NCBI GenBank assembly: GCA_965237525.1
Contig: CBDEFO010000008.1
Span: forward strand, 143,607-207,606
DNA: 64,000 nucleotides
Direction of reading: 5' to 3'
Origin: Candidatus Latescibacterota bacterium
GTDB taxonomy: Bacteria > Latescibacterota > CBDEFO01
The notes below the pieces were generated by a model that had not been told where the DNA came from, made no database searches, and saw only the letters and a program-made list of their open reading frames with translations. The position numbers and the translations under genes were made by a program. Position 1 is the stretch's first letter, and each line of letters opens with the position of its first letter. Below are positions 26,672 through 36,763 of the stretch, in pieces.

Positions 26672-27868
26672 TTAACCTTCAGGAAATTTGGTATATTCAG
26701 CATCTGAAGGAGCAACCGGGGACAGTGCGAGGGCATCCTTGGGCTTGATCTTCTGAGAGGCTATAAAGGACATAACTGCGACGCCTGCTCCAAGGAAGAA
26801 CACAACTTCATAGCCCAGGGAAATCCAGATGAATCCTCCCACAAGTGGCATTATGACCGCTGCTATGTGGTTCATAGTGACGCCCATAGCCAAAGTCGGC
26901 TTTATATCTTCTGATGACGCCGTTCTGCCTATGTATGTGGTAATAGCCATGCTCAAAAGGAAAAGGAGATTGTCAGTGATGTATAGTAAGAAGAGCAAGT
27001 ATACGTTGTGAATAAGCGCATAGCCCGAAAAGACGATTATAAGACCTCCGTAGCTGATGCTCAAAGCGACCCTTTCGCCCATCTTATCCACAAGCTTTCC
27101 TGCTTGCGGTGCGAGCAGAACGTTCAGGCCGCTGTTTATAAGAGACAGGATCAATATATTGCACAGCTGGACGTTGTAGATCTTAACCAAAGCGAATAAC
27201 GCAAATGTCATAAATATCTGTCTGCGATATCCTGAAAGGAACGTCAAGAAATAGAATAGACTGTATTTTCTTCTGAAGACAAGGTGGACCGTTGTCGGAT
27301 TGCCCGTGTCTTTGGACATAGCAAAGAGGGCAAATGCCCCCGCCACTCCCACGATTCCCGCAGTCCAGTACATCTCTGTGTAGCCGTATCCAAATAGCTT
27401 GATTATATATGTCAGCACAATCCCTGCAAGCGTAGCCAGGCCCGCCACACTCCTTAGCTGTCCTAACCTCTTTCCACGTTCCCTCTCCTCCGTCAGGCTC
27501 AACGCCATGCTGTCGCTGAGAGGCATCCACAGATGGAAGCCTATGCTCCAGATGAAGGAAAAGATGACAAGTGACTCTACGGTATATACGTGGGCATACG
27601 AAAAGAGACCGAATCCGTAGATCATAAGGAATATACCGGCTATCAGGGGTTCTGCAAAGCTGATTATCAGACCGGCTAAAAAGGCGGCAAGCAGGCCCGG
27701 AACCTCTCTTATCGCTTCGACTATACCCAGTTGATGCGCCTCGATCCCCATCCGTTCTACGGCGTAGTTGTTGAATATAGGGACGTGTATCCCGGTTAAC
27801 GTAAACGAGAGCGCAAATACCGAAATAGCAAGCAAGATAAAGTTTCGTCTGATCTGGTCTGAATTCAA
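26672..27868 (-). CDS. MFS-type transporter (12 predicted TM segments), intact; TTG start
   Basis: 398 aa hydrophobic protein; four truncated 5' copies lie downstream in the cassette array. Confidence 0.7.
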   Translation of the reverse strand: MNSDQIRRNFILLAISVFALSFTLTGIHVPIFNNYAVERMGIEAHQLGIVEAIREVPGLLAAFLAGLIISFAEPLIAGIFLMIYGFGLFSYAHVYTVESLVIFSFIWSIGFHLWMPLSDSMALSLTEERERGKRLGQLRSVAGLATLAGIVLTYIIKLFGYGYTEMYWTAGIVGVAGAFALFAMSKDTGNPTTVHLVFRRKYSLFYFLTFLSGYRRQIFMTFALFALVKIYNVQLCNILILSLINSGLNVLLAPQAGKLVDKMGERVALSISYGGLIIVFSGYALIHNVYLLFLLYITDNLLFLLSMAITTYIGRTASSEDIKPTLAMGVTMNHIAAVIMPLVGGFIWISLGYEVVFFLGAGVAVMSFIASQKIKPKDALALSPVAPSDAEYTKFPEG

Positions 27869-28257
27869 GGCTACCTATTCTTCGAATAGACAAAAAATGT
27901 TGATGTTGAGAATATAATTGGTTATACTAAAAGGCGACATTAAACTTAGCAATATAGAAGAGTAATGTCAAGCTTAAACACCTTTTGTCCTTAAAATTGC
28001 CGTTTGGGGAATACGAGACTGCTTCCCCGCGTTCAGCAACGACTAATGGTGTCATTGCGAGGAGGCCTGCCCCCGAATGATTCTGTCGGGGGTTCAATTG
28101 GGACTCAAGAGAAGCGCGGAGGTGACCCTCTATACTTGGTGAACACGAGGGTTCGCCCCGACATTCATGTGTGTAGGTGCAGACTCGTGCGTCTGCCCTG
28201 AAATAAGGTTGCAGTTGTGGGCTCAGTATATCAACTGAGCCGAAAGGAGCACCAGAT
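27869..28257. promoter_or_regulatory. conserved divergent promoter/leader module, copy 1: 6-3-6 palindrome CTATTC-ttc-GAATAG at the MFS RBS, promoter-like TTGATG-17-TATACT (27900-27928), REP-like GATTC..GGGG element, and two 8-6-8 palindromes, followed by RBS AAGGAG
   Basis: Near-identical copies at 32074-32489, 34071-34404, 36764-37154 and (partial) 38215-38500. Confidence 0.55.
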
Positions 28258-29523
28258 ATGAAACTATTTTCAAAGATTGCATGGGAAAGATTACACGAAA
28301 AGGCAACAAGCCTCCACGAACAAGGTCGGTATGAGGAAGCAGTTAAGTTTGCCAAAGATGCTTTGAAAATAGCTGAGGAAACTTTCGGTCCAGAACACCC
28401 CAATATGGCGATCTCCCTGATCAGTCTGGCGAGACTTTACGAAGATCAGGCCAAGTATGCCGAGGCTGAGCCCCTTTGCTGGCGGTCACTGGCAATAAGG
28501 GAAAAAGCCCTTGGAGAAGACCATCCTGCTGTGGCGCAATCCCTGAACAATCTGGCAAGCCTTTATCATTCCCAGGCCAAGTATGTCGAGGCTGAGCCCC
28601 TTTACAAACGGTCACTGGGAATATGGGAAAAAGCCCTTGGGCCAGATCACCCCGATGTGGCTCCTGTGTGGGAGAATATGGCGGGACTTTACAGAGATCA
28701 GGGCAAGTATGCTGAAGCTGAGCCACTTTACACGCGGTCACTGGCAATAAGGGAAAAAGCCCTTGGAGAAGACCATCCTGCTGTGGCGAGATCCCTGGAC
28801 AATCTGGCAAGCCTTTATCATTCCCAGGCCAAGTATGTCGAGGCTGAGCCCCTTTTCAAGAGAGCACTGGAAATAAGGGAAAAAGCTCTTGGCAAAGACC
28901 ATCCTGATGTGGCAACTTCACTGAACAATCTGGGGGAACTTTACAGAGCTCAGGGCAAATATGTCGAGGCTGAGCTCCTTTACTGGCGTTCACTGGCAAT
29001 AACGGCGAAAGTCCTTGGGTCAGACCATCCTAATGTGGCAACTTCACTAAACAATCTGGCGTTACTTTATTATTCCCAGGGCAAGTATGTCGAAGCTGAG
29101 CCCCTTTACAGGCAGGCACTGGCAATAAGGGAGAAAGTCCTTGGGTCAGACCATCCTGATGTGGCAACTTCACTGAACAATCTGGCGTTACTTTATTATT
29201 CCCAGGGCAAGTATGTCGAAGCTGAGCCCCTTTACAAGCAGGCACTGGCAATAAGGGAAAGAGTCCTTGGGCCAGATCACCCCGATGTAGAGTACTCTCT
29301 GAGCGGTCTGGCGTTACTTTATGATTCCCAGGGCAAGTATGCCGAGGCTGAGCCCCTATACAAGAGGTCACTGGCAATAAGGGAGAAAGCTCCTGGGAAA
29401 GACCATCCAACCACGGCGACTTTGTTGGAGAATATGGCAAAGCTTTACAGGAAGATTGGAAAGGAAGATGAAGCGAAAAGGTTGGACGAGCGTGCAGAAG
29501 GAATTCGTTCAAGAAACCAGTGA
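28258..29523 (+). CDS. tetratricopeptide-repeat protein (kinesin-light-chain-type TPR_10/TPR_12 repeats), no signal peptide
   Basis: About 9 units of [36 protein letters not shown] (42 aa). Confidence 0.8.
   Translation: MKLFSKIAWERLHEKATSLHEQGRYEEAVKFAKDALKIAEETFGPEHPNMAISLISLARLYEDQAKYAEAEPLCWRSLAIREKALGEDHPAVAQSLNNLASLYHSQAKYVEAEPLYKRSLGIWEKALGPDHPDVAPVWENMAGLYRDQGKYAEAEPLYTRSLAIREKALGEDHPAVARSLDNLASLYHSQAKYVEAEPLFKRALEIREKALGKDHPDVATSLNNLGELYRAQGKYVEAELLYWRSLAITAKVLGSDHPNVATSLNNLALLYYSQGKYVEAEPLYRQALAIREKVLGSDHPDVATSLNNLALLYYSQGKYVEAEPLYKQALAIRERVLGPDHPDVEYSLSGLALLYDSQGKYAEAEPLYKRSLAIREKAPGKDHPTTATLLENMAKLYRKIGKEDEAKRLDERAEGIRSRNQ
28380..29460. repeat. 126-bp tandem coding repeats (TPR units); also 29614-30650, 32600-32900, 34590-35900, 37230-39800
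   Basis: DNA-level near-identity of successive 126-bp units; long antisense ORFs are artefacts of this periodicity. Confidence 0.8.
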
Positions 29524-29571
29524 TGGCAATATCACACAAATTAGCCTTCGGAGAATTTCCATTCTACGGAT

Positions 29572-30727
29572 GACGCGATGGCAAGGATAAGGGACATCGG
29601 TATAAAAATAGGCGACCTCCCTGAACAATCTGGCGGAACTTTATTATTCCCAGGGCAAGTATGTCGAAGCCGAGCCTCTTTATAAGCGGGCACTGGCAAT
29701 AAGGGAAGAAGTCCTTGGCAAAGACCATCCCGATGTGGCGACCTCACTGGACAGGCTGGCGGGACTTTATTATTTCCAGGGCAAGTATGTCGAAGCCGAG
29801 CCTCTTTATAAGCAGGCACTGGCAATAAAGGAAGAAGTCCTTGGCAAAGACCATCCCGATGTGGCGACCTCACTGAATTGTCTGGGGTTACTTTATCATT
29901 CCCAGGGCAAGTATGTCGAAGCCGAGCCTCTTTATAAGCAGGCACTGGCAATAAAGGAAGAAGTCCTTGGCAAAGACCATCCCGATGTGGCGACCTCACT
30001 GAACAATCTGGCGGAACTTTATTATTCCCAGGGCAAGTATGTCGAAGCCGAGCCTCTTTATAAGCGGTCACTGGCAATATACGAGAAAGCCCTTGGCAAA
30101 GACCATCCCAATGTGGCGAACTCCCTGAACAATCTGGCGGAACTTTACAGAGCTCAGGGCAAGTATGCCGAGGCTGAGCCACTTTATGAGCGGTCACTGG
30201 CAATATACGAGAAAGCCCTTGGCAAAGACCATCCCGATGTAACTTACCCCCTGAACAATCTGGCGTTGCTTTATAAGACTCAGGGCAAGTATGCCGAGGC
30301 TGAGCCTCTTTATAAGCGGGCACTGGCAATAGGGGAAAAAGCCCTTGGCAAAGACCATCCCAATGTGGCGACTTCCCTGAACAATCTGGCGGGACTTTAT
30401 AAGACTCAGGGCAAGTATGCCGAGGCTGAGCCACTTTATGAGCGGTCACTGGCAATAAAGGAAAAAGCCCTTGGCAAAGACCATCCCAACCTGGCGACCT
30501 CCCTGAACAATCTGGCGGGACTTTATAAGACTCAGGGCAAGTATGCCGAGGCTGAGCCTCTTTATAAGCGGGCACTGGCAATAAAGGAGAAAGCCCTTGG
30601 CAAAGACCATCCCAGTGTGGCGACTGTGTTGGAGGATATGTCGGAGTTTTACGAGAAGATTGGTAAAGAAGATGAAGCTAAGAGGTTGGCCGAACGTGCG
30701 AGAGGAATTCGTTCAAGAAGCCAGTAA
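29572..30727 (+). pseudogene. chimera: first 42 nt of the DmpA gene fused out of frame to a TPR repeat array (TPR copy 2), lacking a proper start
   Basis: ATGGCAAGGATAAGGGACATCGGTATAAAAATAGGCGACCT is then joined mid-repeat to ...CCCTGAACAATCTGGCGGAACTTTAT; the TPR frame is closed by a TAG immediately upstream. Confidence 0.6.
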
Positions 30728-30781
30728 TAGAGGTAACGCACGAATAAGACTTCGGAGAAGTTCCATTTTACGGATGACGCG

Positions 30782-31773
30782 ATGACAAGGATAAGGGACA
30801 TCGGCATAAAAATAGGCGACCTTGAAACGGGAGAACTCAACTCCATCTCTGACGTTGAGGGCACGAAAGTAGGGCACGTTGACATGGGTCATGACGGAAC
30901 GCCCTTAAGGACCGGAATAACTGCCGTAGTGCCCCCTCGACAGGAGAAGAGAAGAAAACTCTTCATCGGTAGATACGGCGTCAAAGACTGGGACGGAATG
31001 ACAGGCTTGAGGCAGCTGAGGACTTTGGGACGTTCTCGTCCCCCATAGTATTAACGAGTGCTGCAAGCGTGGGCGTCGTCTACAACGCCTGCATAACCTA
31101 CGGACACAAAAGAGACCGTGGGCTGCCCATAGACGCCGGATGGCCACCCGTCGTGATAGGCCTGGACGACTCCTATCTGAATGACCCTGAAAAGGAAAGA
31201 GAGATAAAGGAGGACATCCTCTTTGAATGCTTCCAGAAAGCGCAAGGAGAAAAAGTGGAGGAGGGAAACGTGGGAATCGGAAGAGGACTGTGCGCCTTCG
31301 GACTAAAAGTCGGAATCGGGCAATCGTCCAGAAAAGTCCAGGGCTACACCGTAGGCATCCTTGTAGCGTCCAACGGAGGAATCAGGAGGAGCCTGACTGT
31401 GGATGGAGTTCCGGTCGGAAGACATCTCTCTGCGCCCCAACCACAGGGCATACTCACAAGGTCAATCGTGGCAGTAACCGCCACAGACGCCCCTTTGACC
31501 CCAAAGCAGTTCGACCACCTTTCGGAGATGACCGGAGCAGGTTTGATCAAAGGGGGATTCATAGACGCTCATATAGACCAAGGATTGATAGTTTCTTTTT
31601 CCACTTCAAATTCCATAGACGCTCCCTTCGAGAACCAAAAGACCTACAGAATCAGATCTGTTCCCCAAGGGGAGCTCTATCCTCTCTTCGACGCTGCCAT
31701 AGAAGCTGCTCAAGAGGCCGGACTGAACTCACTTACCACATCGAAAAGTGCAGAAGGCAAGGACGGACGATAA
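30782..31773 (+). pseudogene. DmpA/BapA-like S58 peptidase, copy with 1-bp deletion (frameshift near 31005)
   Basis: ORFs 30782-31048 and 31069-31773 together match the intact 349-aa copy at 39910-40959; CTTGAGGCAGCTGAG versus CTTGAGCGTAGCTGAG. Confidence 0.7.
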
Positions 31774-31857
31774 AGGCGATACCCCAAGATCAGCTTACCG
31801 AAATAATGGGAAGATACAGGGGGACCGACTGATCATGCCCGAACCATTTCTTTCAAC

Positions 31858-32073
31858 TTATCTATCTGCTCTTGCCTTCCCAGAACGATGAGCATATCTC
31901 CTTCCTTCAACTCTTATCGATTCGACTATACCCAGTTGATGCGCCTCGATCCCCATCCGTTCTACGGCGTAGTTGTTGAATATAGGGACGTGTATCCCGG
32001 TTAACGTAAACGAGAGCGCAAATACCGAAATAGCAAGCAAGATAAAGTTTCGTCTGATCTGGTCCGAATTCAA
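31858..32073 (-). pseudogene. 5' fragment (about 180 bp) of the MFS transporter gene
   Basis: First 60 aa identical to the intact MFS N-terminus, then divergence. Confidence 0.7.
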
Positions 32074-32489
32074 GGCTACCTATTCTTCGAATAGACAAAA
32101 AATGTTGATGTTGAGAATATAATTGGTTATACTAAAAGGCGACATAGAGTTTAGCAAAACAGGAGTGTAATGTCAAGCTCAAGCTCCTTTTGTCCTTAAA
32201 ATTTCAGTTTGGGGAATATGAGATTTCTTCCTCCCGATAGGTTCAATCGGGGGTGCTGGCAATGACTAAGGGAGAGGTCATTGTGAGGAGGTCTGCCGCT
32301 GAATGATTCTATCGGGGGTTCAATCGGGGACTCAAGAGAAGGGAGAAGGTGCTCCTGTATACTGGGCGAACACGTGGAAAAAGCATTCATCTGTTGTAGG
32401 GGCAGACCCGTGTGTCTGCCCTGGAATGATGACTACTAATGTGAGGAGGAACCCTTCCTTGATTCCTTGAACCGAAAGGAGCACCAGAT

Positions 32490-32993
32490 ATGGGGGCATT
32501 TTCAAAGTGGGAAATACTAATGGAAAAGGCAGAAACGTTCCGCGAACAAGGTCAGTATGAGAAAGCAGTTAAGGTTGCTAAAAAGGCTTTGAAAGTAGCT
32601 GAGAAAACTTTCGGTCCAGACCATCCCGATGTGCTGATCTCACTGGACAGTCTGGCGGTACCTTATGCTTATCAGGGCAAGTATGCCGAGGCTGAACCCC
32701 TTTTCAAGCGGGCACTGGCAATGAGGGAAGAAGCCCTTGGAAAAGATCATCCCGCTGTGGCGGGCTCACTGAACAATCTGGTGGTACTTTACAGAGATCA
32801 GGGCAAGTATGCCGAGGCTGAGCCCCTTTACAAGCGGGCACTGGCAATAGTCGAAAAAGCTCTTGGCAAAGACCATCCTGATATGGCGACTGTGTTGGAG
32901 AATATGTCGGAGTTTTACGAGGAGATTGGTAAAGAAGATGAAGCTAAGAGGTTGGCCGAACGTGCGAGAGGAATTCGTTCAAGAAGCCAGTGA
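32490..32993 (+). CDS. short TPR protein (167 aa, about 3 repeats), cassette 2
   Basis: Same N-terminus type as 28258 (MGAFSKWEILMEKAETF...), and same C-terminal tail ...EEIGKEDEAKRLAERARGIRSRSQ. Confidence 0.65.
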   Translation: MGAFSKWEILMEKAETFREQGQYEKAVKVAKKALKVAEKTFGPDHPDVLISLDSLAVPYAYQGKYAEAEPLFKRALAMREEALGKDHPAVAGSLNNLVVLYRDQGKYAEAEPLYKRALAIVEKALGKDHPDMATVLENMSEFYEEIGKEDEAKRLAERARGIRSRSQ

Positions 32994-33047
32994 TGGCAAT
33001 ACGGCACAAATTCACCTTCGGAGAATTTCTATTTTACGGATAGCGCA

Positions 33048-33657
33048 ATGGCAAGGATAAGGGACATCGGCATAAAGATAGGCGACCTTGAAACGGGAGA
33101 ACTCAACTCCATCTCTGACGTCGAGGGCACGAAAGCAGGGCACGTTGACATAGATCATGACGGAACTCCCTTAAGGACCGGAATAACTGCCGTAGTGCCC
33201 GGAGAAGAGAAGAAAACTCTTCATCGGAAGATACGGCGTCAAAGACCGGGACGGAATGACAGGCTTGAGCGTAGCTGAGGACTTCGGGACGTTCTCATCT
33301 CCCGTAGTTTTGACGAGTGCTGCAAGCGTGGGCGTCGTCTATAACGCCTGCATAACCTACGGACACAAAAGAGACCGTGGACTCCCCATAGACGCCGGAT
33401 GGCCACCCGTCGTGATAGGCCTGGACGACTCCTATCTGAACGACCCTGAAAAGGAAAGAGAGATAAAGGAGGACATCCTCTTTGAATGCTTCCAGAAAGC
33501 GCAAGGAGAAAAAGTGGAAGAGGGAAACGTGGGAATCGGAAGAGGACTGTGCGCCTTCGGACTAAAAGTCGGAATCGGGCAATCGTCCAGAAAAGTCCAG
33601 GGCTACACCGTAGGCATCCTTGTAGCGTCCAACGGAGGAATCAGGAGGAGCCTCACT
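33048..33657 (+). pseudogene. DmpA-like peptidase copy with an 8-nt deletion (frameshift at about 33200), truncated at about 33657 where it joins antisense MFS sequence
   Basis: ORFs 33048-33278 and 33256-33822; the latter reads into the reverse strand of the MFS fragment. Confidence 0.65.
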
Positions 33658-33659
33658 AG

Positions 33660-34070
33660 CTGTCCTAACCTCTTTCCACGTTCCCTCTCCTCCGTCAGGC
33701 TCAGCGCCATACTGTCGGTGAGAGGCATCCACAGATGGAAACCTATGCTCCAGATGAAGGAAAAGATGACAAGTGACTCTACGGTATATACGTGGGCATA
33801 CGAAAAGAGACCGAATCCGTAGATCATAAGGAATATACCGGCTATCAGGGGTTCTGCAAAGCTGATTATCAGACCGGCTAAGAAGGCGGCAAGCAGGCCC
33901 GGAACCTCTCTTATCGCTTCGACTATACCCAGTTGATGCGCCTCGATCCCCATCCGTTCTACGGCGTAGTTGTTGAATATAGGGACGTGTATCCCGGTTA
34001 ACGTAAACGAGAGCGCAAATACCGAAATAGCAAGCAAGATAAAGTTTCGTCTGATCTGGTCTGAATTCAA
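33660..34070 (-). pseudogene. 5' fragment (about 410 bp) of the MFS transporter gene
   Basis: ORF 33603-34070 matches the MFS N-terminal 120 aa. Confidence 0.7.
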
Positions 34071-34404
34071 GGCTACCTATTCTTCGAATAGACAAAAAAT
34101 GTTGATGTTGAGAATATAATTGGTTATACTAAGAGGCGACATTAAACTTAGCAATACAGAAGAGTAATGTCAAGCTTAAACACCTTTTGTCCCTAAAATT
34201 GCCGTTTGGGGAATACGAGATTGCTTCCCCCCGATTGAATCTATGGGGGACTCAAGGGAAGGGAAGAGGTGGGCCTGTATACTGGGCGAATACGCGAGTT
34301 GCCCCTTACATTCATCAGTTGTAGGGGCAGACCCGTGTGTCTGCCCTGAAATAAGGTTACAGTTGTGAGCTCATTATATCAGTGAGCCGAAAGGAGCACC
34401 AGAA

Positions 34405-35979
34405 ATGAGAGTATTTTCAAAAGTTTTCGTGATTGCATCCCTATGCTTATCGTTTGCCGCAACTGCTTTTTCCCAGGAAACGTTATGGGAAATACTAAAC
34501 GAAAAGGCAACAAAACTCTACCAACAAGGTCAGTATGAGGAAGCAGTTAAGTTTGCCAAAGAGGCTTTGAAAGTAGCTGAGGAAACTTTCGGTTCAGAAC
34601 ACCTCAATATGGCGATCTCACTGAACATTCTGGCGTTACTTTACAGCGATCAGGGCAAGTATGTGGTGGCTGAGCCACTTTACAAGCGGGCACTGGTAAT
34701 AACGGAAAAAGTCCTTGGCAAAGACCATCCCAGTGTGGCGACCACCCTGAACAATCTGGCGTTACTTTACAGCGATCAGGGCAAGTATGTGGTGGCTGAG
34801 CCACTTTCTAAGCGGGCACTGGTAATAACGGAAAAAGTCCTTGGCAAAGACCATCCCAGTGTGGCGCAATCCCTGAATAATCTGGCGGTACTTTATCATT
34901 ATCAGGGCAAGTATGTCGAGGCTGAGCCCCTTTACAAGCGGTCACTGGCAATAGCAGAAAAAGCCCTTGGAAAAGACCATCCTGATGTGGCGCAATCCCT
35001 GAATAATCTGGCGGTACTTTATCATTATCAGGGCAAGTATGTCGAGGCTGAGCCCCTTTACAAGCGGTCACTGGCAATAGCAGAAAAAGCCCTTGGAAAA
35101 GACCATCCCAGTGTGGCGGGCTCACTGGGCGGTCTGGCGGTACTTTACAGAGATCAGGGCAAGTATGACGAGGCTGAGCCCCTTTATGAGCGGTCACTGG
35201 CAATAAGGGAAAAAGCCCTCGGAAAAGACCATCCCGATGTGGCGACCTCATTGAACGGTCTGGCGTTACTTTACAGCGATCAGGGCAAGTATGTCGAGGC
35301 TGAGCCCCTTCACAAGCGGGCACTGGCAATATACGAGAAAGCCCTTGGAAAAGACCATCCCAGTGTGGCGACTTCCCTGAATAATCTGGCGGTACTTTAT
35401 GATAGTCAGGGCAAGTATGTCGAGGTTGAGCCCCTTTACAAGCGGGCACTGGCAATATACGAGAAAGCCCTTGGAAAAGACCATCCTGATGTGGCGCAAT
35501 CCCTGAACAATCTGGCGGTACTTTATGATAGTCAGGGCAAGTATGTCGAGGCTGAGCCCCTTCACAAGCGGGCACTGGCAATATACGAGAAAGCCCTTGG
35601 AAAAGACCATCCCAGTGTGGCGACTTCCCTGAATAATCTGGCGGTACTTTATGATAGTCAGGGCAAGTATGTCGAGGTTGAGCCCCTTTTCAAGCGGGCA
35701 CTGGCAATATACGAGAAAGCCCTTGGAAAAGACCATCCTGATGTGGCGCAATCCCTGAACAATCTGGCGGTACTTTATGATAGTCAGGGCAAGTATGTCG
35801 AGGCTGAGCCCCTTTTCAAGCGGTCACTGGCAATAAGAGAAAAAGCCCTTGGCCAAGACCATCCCGATGTGGCGACTGTGTTGGAGAATATGGCGGAGCT
35901 TTACGAAGAGGTTGGAAAGGAAGATGAAGCTAAGAGGTTGGCCGAACGTGCGAGAGGAATTCGTTTAAGAAACCAGTAA
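34405..35979 (+). CDS. TPR protein (524 aa, about 11 repeats) with an N-terminal signal peptide, cassette 3
   Basis: MRVFSKVFVIASLCLSFAATAFSQ precedes the conserved ETLWEILNEKATKL... start region. Confidence 0.75.
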   Translation: MRVFSKVFVIASLCLSFAATAFSQETLWEILNEKATKLYQQGQYEEAVKFAKEALKVAEETFGSEHLNMAISLNILALLYSDQGKYVVAEPLYKRALVITEKVLGKDHPSVATTLNNLALLYSDQGKYVVAEPLSKRALVITEKVLGKDHPSVAQSLNNLAVLYHYQGKYVEAEPLYKRSLAIAEKALGKDHPDVAQSLNNLAVLYHYQGKYVEAEPLYKRSLAIAEKALGKDHPSVAGSLGGLAVLYRDQGKYDEAEPLYERSLAIREKALGKDHPDVATSLNGLALLYSDQGKYVEAEPLHKRALAIYEKALGKDHPSVATSLNNLAVLYDSQGKYVEVEPLYKRALAIYEKALGKDHPDVAQSLNNLAVLYDSQGKYVEAEPLHKRALAIYEKALGKDHPSVATSLNNLAVLYDSQGKYVEVEPLFKRALAIYEKALGKDHPDVAQSLNNLAVLYDSQGKYVEAEPLFKRSLAIREKALGQDHPDVATVLENMAELYEEVGKEDEAKRLAERARGIRLRNQ

Positions 35980-36035
35980 TAGAGGTAACGCACGAATAAG
36001 ACTTCGGAGAATTTCCATTTTACGGATGACGCGAT

Positions 36036-36625
36036 GACAAGGATAAGGGACATCGGCATAAAGATAGGCGACCTTGAAACGGGCAAACTCAACTCCATCT
36101 CTGACGTCGAGGGCACGAAAGTAGGGCACGTTGACATAGGTCATGACGGGTTAAGGACTGGAATAACAGCCGTGGTGCCTCCCGGAGCAAGATAAGAGGA
36201 GAAAACTCTTCATCGGAAGATACAGCGTCAAAGACTGGGACGGAATGACAGGCTTGAGCGTAGCTGAGGACTTCGGGACGTTCTCGTCCCCCATAGTATT
36301 AACGAGTTCTGCAAGCATTGGGATCGTCTACAACGCCTGCATAACCTACGGACACAAAAGAGAGCATGGGCTGCCCATAGACGCCGGATGGCCCCCCGTC
36401 GTGATAGGCCTGGACGACTCCTATCTGAATGACCCTGAAAAGGAAAGAGAGATAAAGGAGGACATCCTCTTTGAATGCTTCCAGAAAGCGCAAGGAGAAA
36501 AAGTGAAAGAGGGAAACGTGGGAATCGGAAGAGGACTGTGCGCCTTCGGACTAAAAGTCGGAATCGGGCAATCGTCCAGGAAAGTCCAGGGCTACACCGT
36601 AGGCATCCTTGTAGCGTCCAAGCGT
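36036..36625 (+). pseudogene. DmpA-like peptidase copy with a 1-bp insertion (frameshift at about 36195) and 3' truncation at about 36625
   Basis: CCTCCCGGAGCAAGATAAGAGGAG versus the intact CCTCCCGGACAAGATAAGAGGAG; ORF 36245-36637 covers residues about 80-200 only. Confidence 0.65.
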
Positions 36626-36639
36626 TCTACGGCGTAGTT

Positions 36640-36763
36640 GTTGAATATAGGGACGTGTATCCCGGTTAACGTAAACGAGAGCGCAAATACCGAAATAGCA
36701 AGCAAGATAAAGTTTCGTCTGATCTGGTCCGAATTCAAGGCTACCTATTCTTCGAATAGACAA
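36640..36763 (-). pseudogene. short 5' fragment of the MFS transporter gene
   Basis: ORF 36551-36763 N-terminal residues match the MFS protein. Confidence 0.55.

Noticed and set aside
29541-30581. Long antisense ORFs across the TPR arrays (e.g. 346 aa at 29541-30581; also 34808-35581, 35266-35751, 39188-39583) with repetitive Cys/Pro-rich translations
   Set aside because: They are open only because the 126-bp coding repeats are periodic; the sense strand encodes unmistakable TPR motifs, so the antisense frames are artefacts.
30597-30785. 62-aa ORF (MAKTIPVWRLCWRICRSFTRRLVKKMKLRGWPNV...) recurring at each TPR 3' end / DmpA 5' spacer (also 32863-33060, 39725-39922)
   Set aside because: It is the alternative frame of the conserved TPR C-terminal tail (…GKEDEAKRLAERARGIRSRSQ); it recurs only because the underlying DNA is duplicated.
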